From a virus (taxonomy: Duplodnaviria > Caudoviricetes), in the IMG/VR virus record IMGVR_UViG_2595698404_000001, positions 8,962-72,961 of that record: DNA of 64,000 nucleotides; one strand, written 5' to 3'. The stretch's first letter is position 1, and each line of letters begins with the position of its first letter. The notes below the pieces were generated by a model, which worked only from the letters and a program-made list of their open reading frames with translations, was not told the DNA's origin and did no database searches. The translations under genes were made by a program, and so were the position numbers. Below, in pieces: positions 57,154 to 64,000 of the stretch.

Positions 57154-60100
57154 ATGTTGCAACCAACACCTCCAAATAAATCAAAAGTTTTATACGATGC
57201 AGTTTCTAAGGATTATGATTTAGGAACGTATGAAGAGTTTGAGACTAAACTTCAAGATCCGAGTAAAAGAAAAGCTTTTTACGAAGGTGTTGGATCAGAA
57301 TATTCTTTAGGTTCTTACGACGAGTTTGAGACTAAAATAACCTCTTCATTAAAAAAAAAGACGTTTCAGAATCTACTTCTCAAAATCAGCAATCGGTTTC
57401 GGGACCAGTTCCAGAAGTTGGTTCTTCGGATGGTGCACAAAGTAATGATCCATTTGAGTTATTAAAAACAGAGCCATTGAATCCTGAGAAACAGGAAAAA
57501 AATGACTTGTACGATAGATACACCAAAGCGTCTGAATTAAGAGACGACCAATTATCTGAAATAGAAAACTCTTTAAAAACACAAGAACGAACTGATAAGT
57601 TTAAAAATTCTTTTGCCGCAAAACTATTTGGTATTAGCGGCTCTTCTGCATTTGAAACAGGTAAATCAAAAGAAGACTTAGAAAAAGAAGCTATAAACAG
57701 AAATAAAGAAGAGTTTTTTGAAACATTATCAAAAGAAGAACTTACTGATTTACAAAGACAAGAATACAGTAAGATAGAAAAATTAAATACTGAAAACAAG
57801 TCCAGAATATGGGACAATAATAAATACGAAGAGCAACGTAATGCTATTGACCAAGAAATGAACGCTATTTCTCAAGGAATATGGTCGGCATTAGAAAAAG
57901 GAGAGCAGCCAAATGTTCAGGCTTACGCAAAATTAGACGAACTAAAGTATCAAAAAGATAGTCTAGGAGCTAAGATGAATCTAAATATTTCTGATTATGA
58001 AAAATCACAAGAAGACTTACAAGGATTCAACGAAGAATTGGATTTATTCAAAACTAATTGGGGGCTATGGGAGAGCACTAAAAAATCAATAGGGCTTCAG
58101 GGAACTAAAGGACTTTTAGGCGTAACCAAAACAGCAACAAACTTATTTCCGGACGCACTTAAGCCGGTAGCTCAAACAATAGACGATAAAATTAATGAAA
58201 CTCTTGATATTGTAGACGAAGAGCAATCTGGTATTAGAAAATCTAAATCAATAAACGATGTAAAGTCTTATGAGGATTTTGGAGAATTTTTCGTGGAGAC
58301 ATTAGGAGAACAATCTATACCATTGGTTGCGGCAGCAAGTGGAACAGGTGGTATTATGTATTTAGGATCGTCTTCTTTTGGAGGTAAGCAATCAGAACTA
58401 GAGCGAGAGATAACTAAAGACGGTAAAAACTACTCACAAACTCAAATACTAGCTGCTAGTGCTTCAAGTGCTTTATTCGATACCGCAGGAGCTTTAGTAG
58501 ATAGATATGCCATGATGAAGGGAGCTAGAGCATTGAAGTCTGGAATAAGTTCAGGAGGAAGGAAAGCAATTGAAAGCGGAGTTTCAAAATATTTAAAACC
58601 GGTAGCAGCAGAGTTAACGGAAGAAACTAGCGCGTTATTAGGTAGTCAAATAGTAGATTATTACGGATTAGATAAAAAAGACACAAAAATTGGTGCAGAT
58701 TTAGCAAACACGATAGCTAAAACGGGTATAACTGTGGGATTAATGAATACAATTCCTACAGTTATTGGAGACGCAATGGGCGCATATCATACAAGACAAA
58801 AAAAGTCAAGGATAAAAGAGAACTTAGAAACTATATCTAAAATGCAAAAGCAATTAGATAGCGGTAGTGATTTCACTGAGTTGGAAAAAAACTCTATCTT
58901 GGCTGCGATAGATAAAGCTACAAAAGAAAATTTTGAGCTACTTAAGAATACTTCTGAAGCTGTAGTTAAATTATCTGATAAGGATAGGGAAAAAGTTTCT
59001 GCACTAGATGGTGAAATAAATGATTCAAAAAAATCTATTGTAGAGATAAATGAATCTGAAAAGATAGACGCAGAAGCTAAAGAAAAACTTATTGAAGATT
59101 TTACAGAAAAAATTGAGGTTAAAGAAACTCAAAAAGAAGAAATACTAAATAAAGATACGGATGCCGAAACAGAGACGAACGCCACAGAAACAGAAAAGCC
59201 AACGGTGGAAGAAACAACACCTGAAAGTAAAAAACAAAAGAAAGGAGTATTAAAAGACGACGTATTTACAGATAATTCAGGAAGTAAATTTAAAATAGAG
59301 ATTTACGATGGAATGAATGGTAAAGTAAACAAATTATCTGACAGAAAAAACACAGATAAAGTTGGAGGCAACATCACCAATGAAAATGGTGATGTTGTTG
59401 GTAGATTTGGATTTATAGAGCAGAAGGATGGTTCATTCGTAGCTAATATCATAAATATAAACGAAGATTATAGAAGAAAAGGATTAGCATCTTCTGTGTA
59501 TGAATTTATGGATAATGCAGGATTAAAAACTAAAGATTCTGGTATTCAAACTGAAATGGGAGTTAAATTAAAAAACTCTATAAATCCTAACGGAGAAAAA
59601 AACACAAGTACTCCAAAAGGAGAAATGATTGATTTTGAAACAGGAAAATCAAATAAAAATGAAACAACACAGGAACAAAATACTGCTACTGATGGAGATA
59701 TTCAGCCTGGAACTAATACAAACACACAACAAGGGCAAGAAAGTTCAGCACAACCCACCGTTAAACCTACAGCAAGTGAAACAGAGGTTAATCAACCAAC
59801 AATAAAAAGAGTAAACCCTAAAGGAGTAAAGGGTGAATTTGATGTTGAATTAGACGCAAATGGAACAGTTACAAGTATAAAAACAAACGACGGAAGAGAG
59901 GTTCCTAAATTTGTAAATAGAAAGGTTAAGGTATCTAAACAAAATCCAAAAGGATTAAAGCCAGTTAAGAATGCAAACTATTCCAGAATAGAAGCAGAAG
60001 CTATTGGTTCTAAAACTGAAAACGCCATAAGAGACGAAAACAATGCTGCAACAAACGAAGCAGTTTCTACATTTGAACCTACAACTCCTTATGAAGCGGC

Positions 60101-63100
60101 ATTAAAATACATGGCCGACGGAGGAAGAGTTAAATTAAATGACGCTAAATCACAAGGACAAGGATCTAGAGGAGGTAAATGGGCAGCAGGATTTAATAAA
60201 GAATCAGATTTACCAACTATTGAACGAGCTTCAGAAATAATTGCCGAAAGTTCTGGATTAAGCGATATAGACCAACAAGAAATAAGAGACGAATTAGAAT
60301 CTATTGTTAGAGAAAACGGTAGTATTGACGATGTGCGTCAAAAAATAGTTGAATTAAGAAATGAAAAAGAAGTAGAAGCGCAACAAGCGGAGTTGGACGC
60401 ATTTAAAAACTCACTTAGTCAAGAAGATTTCGCTGTTTTAGAATCTATTGAAGCTGAGGACAATTTTTTAAGTGAACTATCAGATAAAGAAGCAATTGAA
60501 TATTTAGAAGAGCAATATGGAAAACAAGAAGGACAACAAGATGTCGAGATCAGAGAGGCTGAGGCTGCAAGCGTTCAAGAACTTTCAGGAAAAAAAGAAA
60601 CAGAATCAAAGCCAACCAAAGAAGAGCAATCAAAAATAGATAAATTTGAAGAATTTCTTAAGCAAGCAGATGCAGATTTAAAGAAATTCGGAGACGAAAC
60701 ATTAGGTATTAACTTACCTATAGCTATTGCAAGAACAGCAGTTAAAGCTATGTTGTTATCTGTTAAAACAGCTAAAACAACTGCTCAAATAATTAAAGTA
60801 GGAGTTGATGCTGTTAAGGAAACTTCATGGTACAAAAAACTTAGCGAAGCAGATAAAGCAGATATTAACGAATCCACAATAGAAGGTTTAATTAAATCAT
60901 CTGTAGACGAGACAAATCAAATGTCTAATGAAGATGCTAAAAAACTATACGAAGAAACTGTAGATAAAGCAGATAAAGCATTAGAAGGAGATAAGAGCTA
61001 TAAAAAGAAAATACGAAAAGCTGTTCGATCTGTAATTCAAGCTTATTCTGACAGGCAATTTGTTCCTAAAAAATTAATGGATGAAATTGGAGCTCAATCT
61101 GTAAAAGATTTAATGATAAATTCTAATGGCGCATCCGGTAAAGCGAAAAGGTTTTTTGAAGACTCTTATTCTAAAATATATGAAAAATTAAATTCTAAAG
61201 ACAGAGAGTTATTAGATAAATTCATTCAATTAAGAAGAATTATTGCTATTGACGAAAACAGAGTAACTAAGAAACTTCCAGAAATTCTGCATCCTGACGG
61301 AATGGATATGGTAAAAGCTAAAAAAGTATTAGAGCAATATAAATCAGAAATAGGAGATAAGAAATTTAATGATCTAAATAAAAGGTCTGATGAATATTTT
61401 AAAACATATTCTAAATTACTTGATGATACTTTTAAAAATGGATTGATTTCAGAAGAAACTTATAATAGCCTAAATGGGTTAGACTATCAACCAAGGCTTT
61501 TTATAGAGCATATTACTGATTTTGAAGGCAATGTATCGCTAGGAGGTAAAAGTACCGACAAAGGCGACACAGGAGGTCTTAGCGGTGGAGATATAATAAA
61601 AACATTAAAGGAAGGTAGTGAAGGTGCATTAATTAGAAATTCTGAATGGCTTTTATCAACAAGTATTGTTGCTAGAGCAAGAGCAATTGCTATGAATAAC
61701 ACTAACAAGCAATTTATAACCAAGGAATACCCTAAATCTAAAAAGAAATTTGATGACTTAAATAAAGATAATAAAAAACAAGAAAGATTGGACTAAAGAA
61801 GATAAAAGGTTTTTTGAGTACTTTACAGAGTTAGATTCAAAGGTTAAAATAAATGAAATTGTAGGTAAGAAGAAAATAAAGGTAAAAAAAGATAGTAATA
61901 CAGATCCAAATACATTAATAGGAGATCCTGGAAATAATATTGCTACAGATCAGGATATTAAGAACGGAGAATTTTCAGAAATAGAAGTCCCTGTTTTTAA
62001 ATACGACAAAACGCCTAAAAACTTCAAAAAAGCATATTGGTATGAGAATGGAGTTAGAAATGAATTTTTCCTAGAAGAAGGATTTCACGACCAATGGTTT
62101 GATAATTTCAAAAAGATGCCAGGAACATACAAAGAAGTACTATCCTATGGTTCTGGCAGTGCTTTAATAAAAGCTATTGCAACAGGAAATAATCCTGCAT
62201 TCGCTATTGTTAACACTCCAAGGGATTTTATGTATACAGCAGTATTTAGTGACCAATACAGTTCTTTTGTTCCTAAAGCTATGTTACAAGTAGCTAAAGA
62301 CACATTTAAGTCTATAAAAGAAATTAAAAAATCAGGAAAAAGTAATAATCCTAATAACTTATTTGAAAAATACATCGAGTATGGTGGGGATATGGCATTC
62401 TTAAGTACACAAGGTCGATTAAAAAAGAATACTGAAATAGGTAAGATATTAGAAAAATCTATAAGTAAAAAAACTAGAGATACAGGCAAGAGTATTTTTG
62501 ATGCAATTACATTAAATAAAATGGGTAACTATAGTGAGATAATGTTTAGAATGGCATTGTTTGGAAGAACTATAGATAACCAATTGAAAAGCAGAGGGTT
62601 TAAATCTATTGAAGATGTTCAAGATAGTTCTATGAAAGATGAAATTTACAATAGAGCAGTAGCAGAGGCAAGGTCTTTATTAGATTTCAACCAAGGAGGA
62701 ACAGTTGTTAAAGATTTAGAAGCTGTTATACCTTATTTAAATACCGCAGTTCAAGGAACTAGGGTTGCCGCAGATGCATTTGCTAAAAATCCTGCAATGA
62801 TAACAGCTAAGGTTTTACAGACAGGGGCAATAGCGAGTACTGCAATAGCAGGAATATCACTTTCTTTAATTGCTTCGCTTAAATCAGATGACGACGAAGA
62901 AAAAACTAATTGGGAAATATATTTAGATGCTCAAGATGGAATAAGTCAATATCAAAAACTACAGTATTTCAATATTGTAACAGGTCAAAAAGACGAAAAA
63001 GGCGAGTACAAAATAATAAAGATTGCAAAAAACCAAACAATGGCCCCGATTTTTGCCTTTAGTGATAACATTATTAACCATAAAATATCAGATATTATAG

Positions 63101-63996
63101 GTAGAGAAAGAAAATCCACAAAATTGGTTTACGATGACATAAAAATGGCATTTAGAAACAATATAATGCCGGTAGATGTTAGTTCTCCTGCTGGAGTAGT
63201 TACAAGAAACCCTGTCATGAAGTCTATACTTACATACACTACTGGATATGATTTCTATAGAGACGAACCATTGAGTAATGATATTGGAAGAGTGGAACAG
63301 GGTGCCGAAGGACAAACTTCTAGCAATGTTGATGATTTTTATAAGCAGATAGCTAGAGATCATGGTATTTCAGCAGCAAGAATGAAGGGGGCTACAGAAT
63401 CTTTAATAACAACTCCTAACACCAATCCATTTATAGGATTATTGTATAGCGGTGCAGAATATGCAACAACTGACAAAGACTTGAGTAGTTCTACTAAAGA
63501 TTTTGCAAAAAACTTTGGTAAATCTTTTCTAAAAAGAATGGTTAGCCAAACAAGTGAGTTTAATAGAACATTTAATAGAAACAAAGAATACGCAGAAGAG
63601 GAAGCTAAACTTAGATTAGAAGGTGATTTCAGAAATATCGATATAAAAATAGTAGCGGACCAGAAAAATGACAAGGAAATTTCTTCTGAAGAATTTAACG
63701 AAAGAACTAAAGATTTTACTCCAAAAGAAAAAGAAAAATTATTCAGAAGGGTTCAGGATTTAAAAAGATTAGATAAAGTTGTAGATAGAAGTGTTATAGA
63801 TATAAAATACGAAGATAATTCAAAAGTTCGCGCTTTAATGATTTGGAATAGATATGGTGATGTTTTTGATGGATCTAAAGATAGTCAAACGATAATACGT
63901 CAAATGGCTTTAGCTAAAGGTGTTCTTACTCCAGAAGTAATGATAGAGTATAATAAAATAAAAAAAGAACTTAAAGAAAAAACCAACCCTAAATAA
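57154..63996 (+). CDS. Giant ejection / large polyvalent protein (three ORF pieces joined by shifts at 57354-57360 and about 61773)
   Basis: Frames overlap and are open across both junctions; internal GNAT motif YRRKGLAS; C-terminal LDFNQGG..IPYLNTAVQG region resembles large-polyvalent-protein domains. Confidence 0.7.
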
Positions 63997-64000
63997 CGGG

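Larger units (their letters stand above)
1..64000. mobile_element. Temperate Bacteroidota phage genome segment (podovirus-like architecture)
   Basis: Terminase, portal, capsid, tail, ejection proteins, endolysin and integrase present; TAnnTTTG Bacteroidota-type promoters; no housekeeping genes. Confidence 0.95.

Noticed and set aside
61762-61796. Programmed frameshift or stop-codon reassignment at the second break of the giant gene
   Set aside because: Needs a +1 shift with no recognisable signal, and the frame changes, so readthrough or recoding cannot explain it; likely an indel.

Overview
The whole window is part of an AT-rich, temperate Bacteroidota (probably Flavobacteriia) phage with podovirus-like, Crassvirales-style gene order; no host genes are visible. 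From left to right it holds: an SMC/Rad50-like ATPase, an Xis-like HTH and a probable attP region (1-3490); small genes and a tyrosine integrase (3491-8570); a leftward cluster of small early genes (8674-12002); a ~1.1 kb divergent non-coding region; middle genes (MazG, KTSC, RusA, DEDD exonuclease, GroES); five signal-peptide-bearing fibre/depolymerase genes; a lysis module; terminase, portal, scaffold and capsid; tail genes; and giant ejection/polyvalent proteins. The standout signal is an integron-like array at 3678-5553. It consists of 5 cassettes, each made of two abutting inverted-repeat units (AAC..GTT and GTT..AAC), with ORFs inside the hairpin loops or fused across the junctions. A sixth solitary cassette lies at 44206-44558. 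Also notable are candidate late sRNAs antisense to a shared translation-start motif of early genes, tRNA-like acceptor/T-arm elements upstream of early genes, and a duplicated att-like site. Several homopolymer frameshifts suggest sequencing error. All product calls come from motif reading, not from database searches.
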